The notes under the pieces: generated by a model
The model's database searches: none
The model's input: only the letters and a program-made list of their open reading frames with translations
What the model was told of the DNA's origin: nothing
NCBI RefSeq assembly: GCF_000002075.1
Contig: NW_004797277.1
Span: 271,540 to 335,539, forward strand
Reading direction: 5' to 3'
Origin: Aplysia californica
Taxonomy: Eukaryota
DNA: 64,000 nt
In this document: in pieces, positions 1-11,697 of the stretch
How the letters are laid out: every line of letters begins with the position of its first letter
How positions within the stretch are numbered: position 1 is the stretch's first letter
Made by a program: the position numbers and the translations under genes

Positions 1-53
<53 letters not shown>

Positions 54-66
54 AATGATGATGATA
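1..66. repeat. (GAT)n microsatellite
   Basis: Near-perfect ATG/GAT trinucleotide run, truncated by the window edge. Confidence 0.95.
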
Positions 67-1148
67 ACATTACTAACTAACGCATATATTATATATTTAC
101 CATGACTTTTGGGTCCTTTGTTAGCACCAATGCAAATTTCATTTTTTTAAAGTTTTTTTTTTTTTACAAGGATTTGACATCATGTGACAGCTTGCAAAGC
201 ATGGATGGGATCTCTAGATGACTGACAGCTCTTATAATTAAACTGCAGATTACTCTTTGTATAACGCACCTCGCATGCTTTTTTATACAAAATTTCATTT
301 TGGTTTTGCACAATTTTCATTTCCTGTTGCTACTGCTACAAAGCACACCAGATACAAATAGGTTGTCCGAATGAGGAGCGCTTTGCCAGCGGTAGAGAAC
401 GAGGGATAGCTTAGAAGAAAAATAGGTGAAAATGAAACCGCTACTCCCTACAACTACAATGGAGAGAAAATAGGCTTCTGCATTACACATTGAGAGAGTA
501 TATAAGTCTCATGAGTGTTATTATTGTACCATTGCAGTTATTGACGTCGTACCATTACAGGGGTTACGATTCCAGAAGTTGTGCAGTAGATTTTACATGT
601 TAGAGATCACAATTCCCCTACCTAACCTACTGAATGAAGTGGTGAAGCAAGAGCTACGGGGACGCCTTGATAGTTAGGCCTACTTTATGGTATAGTGCGG
701 CAAATTGTCAATTCTATAGAATTAAAGCTTTTTACCTTATTCTGGTCATTGAAAGTGATGACCCTTTCTCAAGTAAGAAGAATAGTGATTACGCAAAAGT
801 ATCGAGCGGCCCGTGTCGTTTTCTTCGCCCCCAAAGCAATTGTACACTCAAGCGCTCTCTAATTCAGTCTGTGGTCAGAGAGCGTTGCAGCCCCAGAATA
901 CATGTACAAGCATTAGGCCTAGGCTAATGTAACGCTAATTTGATACAATCATAACAGTCGTTAAGACTTTTTAAGAAAATCAGATACAGGTTCAATATAT
1001 GGCAGGGCGGTTGCATTCCAGTTCCAGTATAATTATCGTGTAGACAATGTTTAACGCATGCTGCTTCCAAAGGGTGTTGGTGTGGGTGCGGCTATTCATT
1101 TTTTTTAATGTGTTATTTCTTTTATAAATTTTTATATATTTTTATCGA

Positions 1149-1745
1149 CGAGGGACGTCCAGAAAGTAAGTAGGGCCTACCGTTTTAAATAATTTTAAAA
1201 GAAATAATTTCCCCAATCCAAACGATTTATTTTTGAATACCTCATATATGACTACTTCTCCAAGTAGCCTAGTCACCAGAACTGTTGAGGCATTTGTCGT
1301 AGCGTGGGACGAGCTTCTGAATGCCCGCATCGTAGAAAGCTGCCGCCTGCGATGTTAGCCAATGTCCAGTCTCTCCTGTGAGATCAGTGTCTAAGCCGAA
1401 GTCCTGCCAGGCCCAAAACATGTTCAAAATTAGATGCAGGATTAGATGAAAGTCACTCGGAGCCAGGTCTGGGCTGTACAATGAGTGCTTCAACTGTTCC
1501 CATCCGAAGGAGGCGATCAGGTTTTGGGTCTGTCCAGACTTGTGAGGAGTTGCATTGTCGTGAAGCAGAACAACGCCGTCGCTAAGCATTCCGCGTCTTT
1601 TGTTTGAATCGCCCTACGCAGTTTCTAAGGTGTGTTGCAGGATACATCAGAGTTAATTGTCATCCCATTTCCCCAAAATACTACTAAAAGAACTGCCTGC
1701 CTGTCCCAAAACATTGTACACATTTATTTTTTTTTCCTGACGCGG
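1149..1745 (-). mobile_element. Mariner (D34D) transposon remnant: 3' half of transposase plus 3' TIR
   Basis: Translates to FWDRQAVLLV...TINS...LLHDNATPH...YSPDLAPSDFHL...FYDAGIQKLVPRYDKC with frameshifts; terminus ACGAGGGACGTCCAGAAAGT resembles mariner TIRs. Confidence 0.92.
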
Positions 1746-2352
1746 CCTGCGTAGAGCTATTCAAAAGAGCATGCAATCTAATCAGGGGCGAGTACTAGAA
1801 AATATTATTCTTTACCAAGGTCTCAGGAGTTGCCTACCACTTTTTGTTTCTGGCGCTTGCAACACAATTGAATTAGTAGAATTAGATCGTGTCAGTTCCG
1901 GAGATTATGAGTTACAAACACAAAAAACAAAGGAGGAGAGATTAGGACAATAGAATAAGATACCAGGAAAGAAAGAGTAACCACACCAGAGTACTGCCAA
2001 CAGCCTATTCCCACCACTGTTTATTCTTCTCACTTTGTAAAACCCTTGTTTTTTGTAATTTGCTCATACATGCCGCTGCTTTTCGCTGCTTTTGTTTACA
2101 CTGCAAACAGTACTTGAGTTTTTCGGCTTTGATTTGGTGAAGCCCATCTCCTAAATGATTGTGTCGATGGGGCGTAAAGCGTACCAGTAACATGTTTACA
2201 ATCAGGCATGATGTGGCTTGACTTACAATTTAAAAGTAAAATCATGAACTACTTTATATATTCACAACTAATTGAACCTTGAATCCATTTCTTTTTACCT
2301 TTACATGCCATGATGTACAGCTACATGACGTACTTCTACACCTAAAGCAACC

Positions 2353-2525
2353 GGCGTCTGTGGTGCAGCAGTGTAGCGCTCAGTTCGACTCCTGAGTGGG
2401 GAGACTTTTTATTGAGTACCGGTATCTCTCGCCACTCTCGGTAAAGATGTTGTATCCCTCTCACTCTCAACCCGGGTCGGCCCCGACAGGCAGGGTCGGG
2501 AGCCCACCTCCCGGATGGTGTAATT
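2353..2525 (+). mobile_element. Degenerate tRNA-derived SINE-like repeat (related copy ~55960-56125)
   Basis: B-box-like GTTCGACTCC; shares gatgttgtatccctctca...ggccc(c/t)ga(c/t)aggca(g/a)ggtcg with 56071-56120. Confidence 0.5.
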
Positions 2526-4402
2526 TGCTTAATGGTATTGATGGAGGGTATGAATCTAAAGCACACAAGGCTACATTTAGAGACCCCACCTCAACAAACA
2601 GAAAACATTTAAGTCATGTGCCAGTTCCTAAGAGTTATACCGTTACTGGAGCATACATACAGCGTATCATTGTGATAGTCGATCATACTCCTGGCACTAA
2701 AGGCTTTATGAGGACTTTCATACCATCATAAACCTTGTCCCTTGTTGTTTGTAGTATAGGGTTTTACGGCTCTCGCAAAACTGCATAAGGTCATATGAGC
2801 GCGCTAACCTTGTCCCCGAAGCATTCATATATTAATTCGAGAGCTGCATTGATTTTGTTTATAGACTTCTGTCTCCTGTAGATAGCAGTGGTCATTATAG
2901 CACGATGTAGTGCTTTTTTTCTCATGAGAAGATGAACGACTTAATTTGTCTGTATCACAGACGTTTGATAAAGTAGGCCTATCGTCTTTCTGCTTTTCAA
3001 ACTTATGGTTAGAATTAGAAAAAAAAGGCAGGTGTTGTAAGACTTTATAATAATGCCATTCTTCATTGGAAAATGGTATAAAAACTTACAAATCAACAGG
3101 GCCTTTACACATCATGATCCTATTCAACCATTAGTCTGCAAAACAACTACATTAAATTAAAATGATTAACTGATGAAAACATTTGTTAAGTTTTAGTACA
3201 TGTACAGGGTCCCCACCAAATCCTGTAAAAATTTTTCAAGACCCCAATTTTTTTTCAAGACCCCAATTCGAGGGAAAAATCAGGCCGCTGCGCATCAAGA
3301 ATGATCCCGAAAAAGCCCATCTATCAATGATAAAAAGTCAAAATGTCTATAAATGAATGCAAATGTACATTTTGTAGTATAGTCTTCAAACACTAGATGA
3401 CTACAATAATGGGTTACTGCCAACCCAGCTTCTCAGTTTTCCAAGGGAGGGCCTCATCCATTTTCCAGGAACATGTTACATAACAATGAAAGCGCGTGCT
3501 CCATTTATGTCTAATATAATACATGTATATTACATGTTTGTGAATACACACACACACACACACACATACACACATGTAGGTACATTATATCCAGTCAACA
3601 ACATGTCAGTGTGGCACTGGGATCTTGAGAGACTTTGGTATTTCAGTCTGTTCTTACTTATTTATATTTTCCCATCATCATATTAGCCAACATAACAAAC
3701 CATAGGCCCTATATTATATTTTTTTTAATGAATCCTGTTTTGAGCCTGAAAAAAGACCTAGAACTAGAAAATCGATTGTCAATAACCAGTCTGGGTGTCA
3801 CGATTCATATAATAAATGTGAAGACGAAAACCATTGCTGCAACTCAAAGTAGAGTAATAACTAGAATGGCTCAAGTACACCTATTCAGTGTGAGAGGTGT
3901 AAGAACTGGGGGGGGGCAAGATGCAGTGACACTGAAAATCTGCCAATCTTGAACAGAAAGCTAATATATAGATATAAATTACAATCACCCCATCCAATGA
4001 AACGCAAACACTTTAGTTCAATAACAAGGCATGACGGATCCTGATTCCACATAAGGCCTGCACCAACGCGCGCTTTGCAGAGAGCTCTAAAGTAGTGTAA
4101 TCAAAATGCTAAAAATGTGCTTCCAAGTTCAGTTTTTGTCCTCTAGCGTTGCCTTCTGGGTGGTAACGAAAGCAGATCTTGATTCTTCCCGATCGAGCCT
4201 CGGTGTCACACATACTTCCGTCACAGCAGTTCAATTACGTTTCCTCTTAAGGATTCATCAACCATACAGTCTAGATAGCTGCACATTACACAGGACCTAT
4301 ACTTTCCCCGACTTACCCATCACAAAATTCCCGACTTTTTCCCGACCTCCCGACCCATCTAAAAATTCCCGACTTTTTCTCGATTTCCCGACCCTGTAGA
4401 GA

Positions 4403-4565
4403 TTTTACGGCGCTCACAGCTGCATAAGGTCATATGAGCGCCAGAAGATTAGAGGTGTTACAAGAGTGTAACAAACATTTTAAAAAAGAAGGGGAGATAA
4501 GGACGATAGATGTTCCATAGGAAAGAAGAAGCAAACAACACCAAAGCACCCGAAAACCACCCACA
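4403..4565 (-). mobile_element. Retroposon 3'-tail repeat family (other copies ~24685-24870, ~47960-48145; partial ~1890-2000, 2760-2803, 7650-7690)
   Basis: Shared ttttacggc...ataaggtcat...gaagattagagg...gcaaaccacaccagagcaccc block; the 24685 copy ends in gccgtaaaac followed by (taaac)n. Confidence 0.65.
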
Positions 4566-5703
4566 AAACATCCGTTTGTCTCGGCCTACTTAATGGTGTC
4601 ATGCAAACTAAGAGAGGAAACAAACAAACAGTAAGTTTTTGCACATACCGGTATGTATTGAAGAACATCAAAAACAGGAAAGCATAACAATTTGACAAGT
4701 ATATTGTTTACCAATAGGCTAGCTTTTTCAAATGACACTCCAGGAGCTGTTGAAGTTCAAGAAGTAGAGGCTTCGTTTGATAATGGCATTGTGATAACGT
4801 TTTACTTCAGGTGTCTGCAAAACACTGATCCAAATCTCTAAATGGCTTGAAAAACAAAAACAAACAAACAAACAAACAAACAAACGAGCCACTGTTTCAC
4901 AAACTTCATGTACAATACAAATTACCCTCTTACGTACTACATGTAAAAGGCCTATAGTATAATGCTGCTTTTAACTTATTTTAAGTGATAACTGCTCACA
5001 AAAGGTGATGGCTATACATGACAAAGGAACATTAGGGAAGGCTGCTTATCCCAGAGTCAAAGGCTTTAGTTTTCTACCAGTTTCACAGCAGAGTTTCAAA
5101 TGAAATTCTATATAAAATTAGGCTACAATATATCATTTCAACAACTCCCACACTCACAGTTACAATCACCAAGACAGCACAAAATGATTTTGTTAAAAAT
5201 AAAAACACTTTATTACCCACAGGAGACATTTCATCTCGCAACTTTGCAAGAATAAAAGACACTCTCACAATTATAAACAATCATAGCAGTAGACCTACAT
5301 AGTGGATCTATAAAGGCAAAAGACACATACATGTCTGAAAGAACTCCAGACACCCTCTCTGCTCAAACATGACCACACCTTGTCCACCCTGACCCGCTTT
5401 TATTTTTATTGCCAACAAATCTCTCTCTCAACGAGAATCATCTTGTGCCTGTGCCCAACCAACACCCAAGGTAACCTATGCACCTAAAGGCTGAACTGAA
5501 TGGCTGCAGGGTGAGCAACGTTTAGCGAAGATCATCTAGTGTGGGATGTGGGGCATCGCTAGGCTGTAGGACCCTTCTTGTTTGTAGGCCTCCACTGCTT
5601 CCTCTCTGACATGTGGCTCTGTCAGAGTCAGGGGGACAGGTTACTTCAACTTCAAGTTCCCCCATGCATTGCAAAGCAACTCATGAATTGAAATATAATA
5701 TAG

Positions 5704-6222
5704 GTGTCACGACATGGTAGAATCCGGCGCTCATCAATATTTGGGCATGTGGAGTTATTGGTATTATCTTAAAGCTTGTGAAGTTGTCTTGCTATCAGTG
5801 AAAAAATACCCATCTATCTTGAATAGAAGTCAAGATATCTTAGATTGACAAAGGTGGGGGTCACCTGGTTTCAAAGGTCAAATTAGTGAGAAAATAGCTG
5901 CCAAAGTGTGGTTATTTCCCATAGCTTGATGGTCTGTGGACACTTAAACTTGCATTTTGTGTGCCTTTAAGAGAGAAATAGAGAGAGAAAGAGAGGAAGC
6001 ATATGTCTCTGTGTGAGAAATAAATAGAGAAGAAAATAAAAAAGGGAAAGTTAATCAATGTTTTTCAGTAAAATACATCCAGAAATGTATTCTTAATTAC
6101 ACAATAATGGTGTAAAGACAAATAACAAAAATTCTATAAAAATTGCCAAACTGGCAGAAAAATGCCTGTTTTTTCAAGTGCATTATTTTGACGAGTGCCT
6201 GATTTCACCATGCTGCCTCACA
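5704..6222 (-). mobile_element. ~430-bp non-autonomous TIR element (MITE family A)
   Basis: Imperfect TIRs TGTGAGGCAGCATGGTGAAATCAGGC / GCGCC(T/G)GATTC...GTGACAC; homologous to many other copies in the window. Confidence 0.85.
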
Positions 6223-6599
6223 TATTATATTCAGCAGAATGTTCGAAGGAGTTACAGTGGTCATGTCCTCCATGAAACTCCTCAACAGAGTTGACCAGGA
6301 AGAAAAGACAAAAGAAAGGAGGGAATGCCAGAAAAAGAAGAGCTGGAGCAAAAAGAAACCAGACAAAATCACAGAGATTAGTCAAACGTCACTTGAGCGT
6401 CCTGTACCGGAACTGCAACAGCATTGAAGAAAGAACAAGAGTTGTGGAGAAGGTGATTTAGTGTGCGGATGTCATCCATTTACAGGAATGGAAACACTGC
6501 AGGGTTTCAGTTACTGGTCAAGATTGGGTATGGCCAGCTTATTACAGTGAGATCTGGATTTGATTTCAAGGAATGTGTACTTGATGTTAACCACTATGC

Positions 6600-6990
6600 C
6601 ACCAACAATCTTCACTTAGTCGCAGTAAATGAACTCAAGAATTAATCTGTGCACAACAATGACAATGCTCATAATGGCATAATGAAAGAAGACCCCAAGC
6701 TAGCCCTTGATGACCTCTTAACAACATTCCCACAAGAAACCATTATCTAAGCGGACTTCAATGCTAGGAGAGGTGACTGGGGTATTGTCATCACAAACAC
6801 ACGTAGAATGGCAATAGAAACTGCTCTGGACAGGAACTACGTAACATGTAGGATCACCAGGATGGCTATGAGACGAAATAACTAGGTGCTATTGACCTGG
6901 TCCTCACCACCTTGTACACAGCCATTATCAGAGAATGTAATGTCCTAAACTATTTTGATAATGACCATTACCCACGCTCTGTCTTTGTCA
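6600..6990 (+). mobile_element. Degraded LINE APE-endonuclease remnant (I/Nimb-like)
   Basis: Translates to ADFNARRGDWG...TNTR...IE, AIDLVLT and DNDHYP (GDFNA/IDL/SDH motifs), with stops. Confidence 0.7.
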
Positions 6991-7432
6991 AGCACAAATG
7001 GATGGAAGAATAATTTTCCAAATACAAAGCCCAGAAGACATTTTCAGATACTTATCAGAATATCATGAGAAAATGTTCGAGCTCCTCCTGAATCCTGTTG
7101 CATCTAGACTCAGGTAGATGTACCTATCTTCACAAAAAGTCAAAAGAGTGGACACATGTTGGGAGCAAAGAGGAAGGAAGAAGCTTAAAAGGAAGCTAAA
7201 GATTCCACATAAAAATAAATGTCACAAATGTACGCTCGTACACCTGATCATCCAGGTGTTCATAAAGGTCCATTTCTCACCACAGCACTGGAGTGCCCTA
7301 TCTTATAACAACCCCACAGTTAAAGGTGAGAACTCCAGAATTTTTAAGCTGAAGATGATGTTATTACATATACTAAAAAAAAATACATTTTTACTGAATA
7401 CCCTATAAACATTTTCCTTTTTCTTCACTGGG

Positions 7433-7541
7433 TTATCTTGGAGGGCCAAAACTCTGCATGGTCTTGCACACTAGGTTCACATGCTCAAAGAAGGAATTGA
7501 TGCTAACACGAAGAGTCCTTGCTTCTTGTGCCTCAAAGTGA
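7433..7541 (-). CDS. LAGE3: LAGE3/PCC1 KEOPS subunit, last coding exon
   Basis: ttattccag acceptor, phase 2; HFEAQEARTLRVSINSFFEHVNLVCKTMQSFGPPR-TAA matches the Pcc1/LAGE3 C-terminus (LR.S..SF...L.LV..TM..FGPP). Confidence 0.93.
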
Positions 7542-7899
7542 CTGGAATAAAAATAATAATATAAAGTTATTTAAAATAAACCTAATAATGAAGCATAAAA
7601 AAGATCTGTAAAAGTAAACAGAGGACAATTATTCTTTATACATTATGTCACACGCTCATATGACCCCATGCAGTTGCAAGCCATAAAACGCTTTCCAATA
7701 CAAAAACAAAAACAAAACATAATGGAATGAAAATATAAAATTATTCCCCTCTTTAATCTCTATACTTTATAGTCACCCTCATTTCTCGTGCTATGATAAT
7801 GAAAACCAACAACCATACACTACTAAAAAATCTGTGTCTGCAAGTGTCTCCAAAAGTAAAATTATTTTCATGACATAATTTCTAGAACTAGAACAACTC

Positions 7900-8036
7900 N
7901 NNNNNNNNNNNNNNNNNNNNNNNNNNNNNNNNNNNNNNNNNNNNNNNNNNNNNNNNNNNNNNNNNNNNNNNNNNNNNNNNNNNNNNNNNNNNNNNNNNNN
8001 NNNNNNNNNNNNNNNNNNNNNNNNNNNNNNNNNNNN
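7900..8036. other. Assembly gap
   Basis: N run. Confidence 1.
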
Positions 8037-8191
8037 ATTTCTTATTTTGACATTTACCTGTCCAGTGGTGTTCCAGTATCTAAACAATAAAGATCATATC
8101 TTATTAAATATAAAACTGCATTAGAAACCAAGAAAGTACACACTGACACTACATACATGAAATCAAACGGAAAAGTCATAGAAATACTCAC

Positions 8192-8320
8192 ACATGCAAT
8201 ATCTGGTCACTGACTTTCAGGGTCCTTTGAACACCACCACGCTTTGGTTCTTTATCAACACTCAGAGTACCCAGGGCAATCTCAGCTTCTCGAGCTGACG
8301 GGAAAGGTATCTCAAGATCA
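8192..8320 (-). CDS. LAGE3: LAGE3/PCC1 KEOPS subunit, coding exon 2
   Basis: DLEIPFPSAREAEIALGTLSVDKEPKRGGVQRTLKVSDQILHV carries the Pcc1 signature (PFP..EA.IA...L..D.E); cag acceptor, GTGAGT donor, phase 2-2. Confidence 0.93.
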
Positions 8321-9980
8321 CTGGGATTTTAGCTTAAGGACAATACATGCTACAACATGGTGGAATCAGGTGCTCATCAATTTCTGGGCATATGGAATTA
8401 TTAGCAATCTTCAAGCTTGTTCATTTGCCTTGCTTTTGATGTAAAAAAAACCCCCACTCATCTAAGGTGAATAGAATTTGAGATGTTAGCAATTGAAGGA
8501 GGTGGGGGGTCACCAGGTGTCAAAGGAAGAACGTCCTTTAGAATTAAATGAAAACTGAGGCTATAACTTTAAAGCAAAAGTAGAGTTGTTCCTCTTTCCT
8601 TGAGGTTTTGAATGGTCAACATTAACCCAAAAATAGTGTGTGTGAGAATTTAAAAAATAAGTAACAGGTATGACAAAAGGAAGGGTGCGATGTACAAATC
8701 CAAGGAAACTTTGAAAATAGAAATAGAAATTCAGCCAATGACGCTATCTCGACCAAATGAACATATGTTGAAATTTCATTTGTCGGTCTACAGTGATATC
8801 CCATTTTCAAGTCGTTAAATGAGTCGGTTATTTTTTAAATTTGACGAAATAGATGGGTAGCGAATGAAAACCATATAATTGGAGAAACAAATAAATTGTC
8901 CGTACTGTATTGCAGTGGAGACTGACTCGTTGGGAGCAGTATTCTTTTACTAATATAGTTGCATCTTAGCCCGATCATTTTGTAAAGAAATCTTTTTTTA
9001 ATGAATTTCTTTAAAACATTACAATATTTTTAGAGGATTACCTCCCTTTTTAATGATTTCAGGACATGCATCATACAAATTCGAGGAGCTAAATGGCTAA
9101 CCATTTTGAGGAGTGCATGGTTTCACCACAATGCCACACATATAGAAAATTCCATTAAAAAATACATATACTTTGTTCGCATCACTGAAAATCATTATCC
9201 CACAAAATAATCTAATAACACAGAAACTTATTGTGACAAAAACCAAATTACCCATGAACAAAAATATGATTTTTTTTTAAATGATAAAAATTGAATTTCT
9301 CCATATCAGGAAAAAAATTAATTGATACTTAAAAATTCATAACAGGATCAGAGGCATAGAACAAAGTTTAATTTAAAAACAGCTATTAGTATAATGCTCG
9401 TACAGTGCAGAGTTGGTGCGATTCATTGCTGAACTTTCCTTTCTCCCTTGTAATCATTAATTCCCCAATCCATGTATTATGAACCATTCCTCCATTCCAT
9501 ACAGAAACAGGAAATATTGCCTTCAGTAGTGCTTGAGGTGACATCTTTATTGTTGTGGGTTGGATATTATTTCTAGAGAGTGTTGTGCCATCATAAAATA
9601 CAAAGAGCAGGAGCAAAGATAGCACTGGGAAACAAAAAAAACAAAAAAAACAACCCAAATCCAAACCTGTTTTCATCAGCTCTGGCAGCAACATCTGCAT
9701 TATTGTACATTAATCTTCTTGGTACAAGAACCTTTATCAACCTCAGAACAAAACATAAAGATCAGAACTTTCCATTTTAAAAAAAAATCAATAAAAACTC
9801 CAAAGCTTTCTCTTTATGCAGTCCACAAGCCTGTTTATTTCATCTTGCACTATAATTTTGATCCATCAAGAATTAAAATACCTACTTACAAATTTGGAGA
9901 AAAGAACAATCTTGTACTAAAATGTAAGTGTTTGCTCAAGAGCAAATTAAAACTAAGCACTGAAAAACTGTAAAGGATAC
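8321..9980 (-). other. LAGE3: U12-type GT-AG intron of LAGE3
   Basis: 5' splice site GTATCCTTT; branch site TCCTTAAG ending 12 nt before the exon; no polypyrimidine tract; the join restores the reading frame. Confidence 0.88.
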
Positions 9981-10000
9981 GCCGATAAGCAGGAAGCCAT
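9981..10000 (-). CDS. LAGE3: LAGE3/PCC1 first coding segment (MASCLSA), within exon 9981-10041
   Basis: gctATGG good Kozak; 20+129+109=258 nt gives an 85-aa protein, typical Pcc1 size. Confidence 0.85.
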
Positions 10001-10892
10001 AGCAATGTCTCTTTTCTCTCATCAACTTAGTCGCAAAGAATCTGGAGGAAAAAAAAGCATGAAAATAGAGATATTTCTTAAAATGTGCACATTATATATT
10101 TTCTATTCTTACATTAATTATAATATAATTAAAACTAAATAACAGTTGTCACAAATGTCAAAACAGATAAAAAGATGATCCATCAACTTTGGCTCACAAT
10201 CAGTATCAGGCACCCTGAATCCAAGGGTGCCACAATCTCAAAATTAACCCTGCTCTACTGACCATGATACACCTTTCACAACAATCGGGTAGGGTAACAT
10301 TCTCCAAGAGAAGCCACCTGCTGCAGATTTAAAGAAAAGCATTACTGATGAAACTATACTATAAGATGTACTGTTCAAGACAGTCTTGTCCTTTGTAAGC
10401 AACAGAAGAGCCAGACTGACAAGAAAAGTGATCTTCATGAAGTCTTTATCCACTCTGTGGGCAATTGCTCAGTTCGCCAACCTAAGAAAGGTGATGTTAC
10501 CACTGAGCGAGCCATATAATGCTGCGCATCGTGACAGCAGCTAGTAATGGCAACGTTGTGAGCCAGCAAGATCAACTGAGATGTATGAATGAGTTTCTGT
10601 GGTGTAACAACAAACTGGTGAGCCCTTAATATTTGTCTCTTTGTTCAGAGGCAAAGTGCTATTGAATGTTGACAAAATATTAATTTGGATTTAGTTGAAA
10701 CTGAATAAGAATTATTATTTTATTAGCAATGAAACTATTGTCCAGTATATCGCCAACAAAAAGTAACAGACTCCGCCAGTCTTGCCCAGTTAACAAACCG
10801 CCCCTGGGAACACAATTCCGGCCACTAAAACCCTTGCAAATCAATGGAGTTTGGTTCAACATATTCAAATATGACTGCAAAACATCACATTA

Positions 10893-11697
10893 CAGTCAAA
10901 CCTGTGTAAGACGGCCACTCATTGTCAAGGAGAAAAGTGGCCGTATAAAACAGGTGGCCGTCTTATGCAGGACTGATCAAGATAAAGAAAACAAACCATT
11001 CCCATTTGAGGCCCCAATCGAAAGTAGCCCCACTATGATGTCTTTGTTGGTGTTGTTGTTGTTGGTTTGTATTTCGTTTGTAATTTTTATTTTGTTGCTG
11101 ATTTTGCACAAGGGTGACAATAAAACGAAATGCGTCAGACAAGGAAGACCGAGTGCCATTAAAACAAACACATGGGTCGCCACCACTCGGAGAACGAGCG
11201 ACACTTCTGTAACAAGTTCATGTTGACGTCCTTTGTTACTGCGTTACTGACTGGGTAAACAGTGACCACTCATCTCACTTACGATTTATGTATGAGTTCT
11301 GGGCGGAGCTTATGGGTTATGAGGGATTACACACTTACTTCACCAGCAGCTGAAAATTGGTAGCTATTGTCAATAGTGGGAGGGGCCTACGCAACATGAT
11401 CGGTTGGAGGGACTACCTAACAACAACGACAGGTGATTGAATTATGACGGCTCGCCCACAACGCCCGGGGCCAATGCACAAAACGTAATGGAGTCACTAA
11501 GGTGACCGTCTTAGACAGGTATTATTGCTTAGTATGATAGGGGTTGTGTGTTAAATTATGGTGGCCGCGGCCGCGTTGGACAGGTGCCCGTTTTACACAG
11601 TTAAATTATATAGAAAAAACGCAAGGGGGGAAATGGAAAGTGACCGTTTGTACAGGTGGCCGTCTTATAGAGGTGGCCGTCAGGGCAGGTTCGACTG
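10893..11697 (+). mobile_element. Tc1/mariner (pogo/Tigger-like) MITE, family B
   Basis: TA|CAGTCAAACCTG...CAGGTTCGACTG|TA; inverted second copy at 36679-37464. Confidence 0.9.

Noticed and set aside
4722-4814. Exon-like segment on the minus strand (also 7234-7291 and 9667-9741)
   Set aside because: Stops in usable frames or no compatible partner exons; no recognisable family
10729-11226. 165-aa ORF, the longest in the track
   Set aside because: Lies mostly inside a MITE that recurs at 36679-37464; no recognisable protein motif
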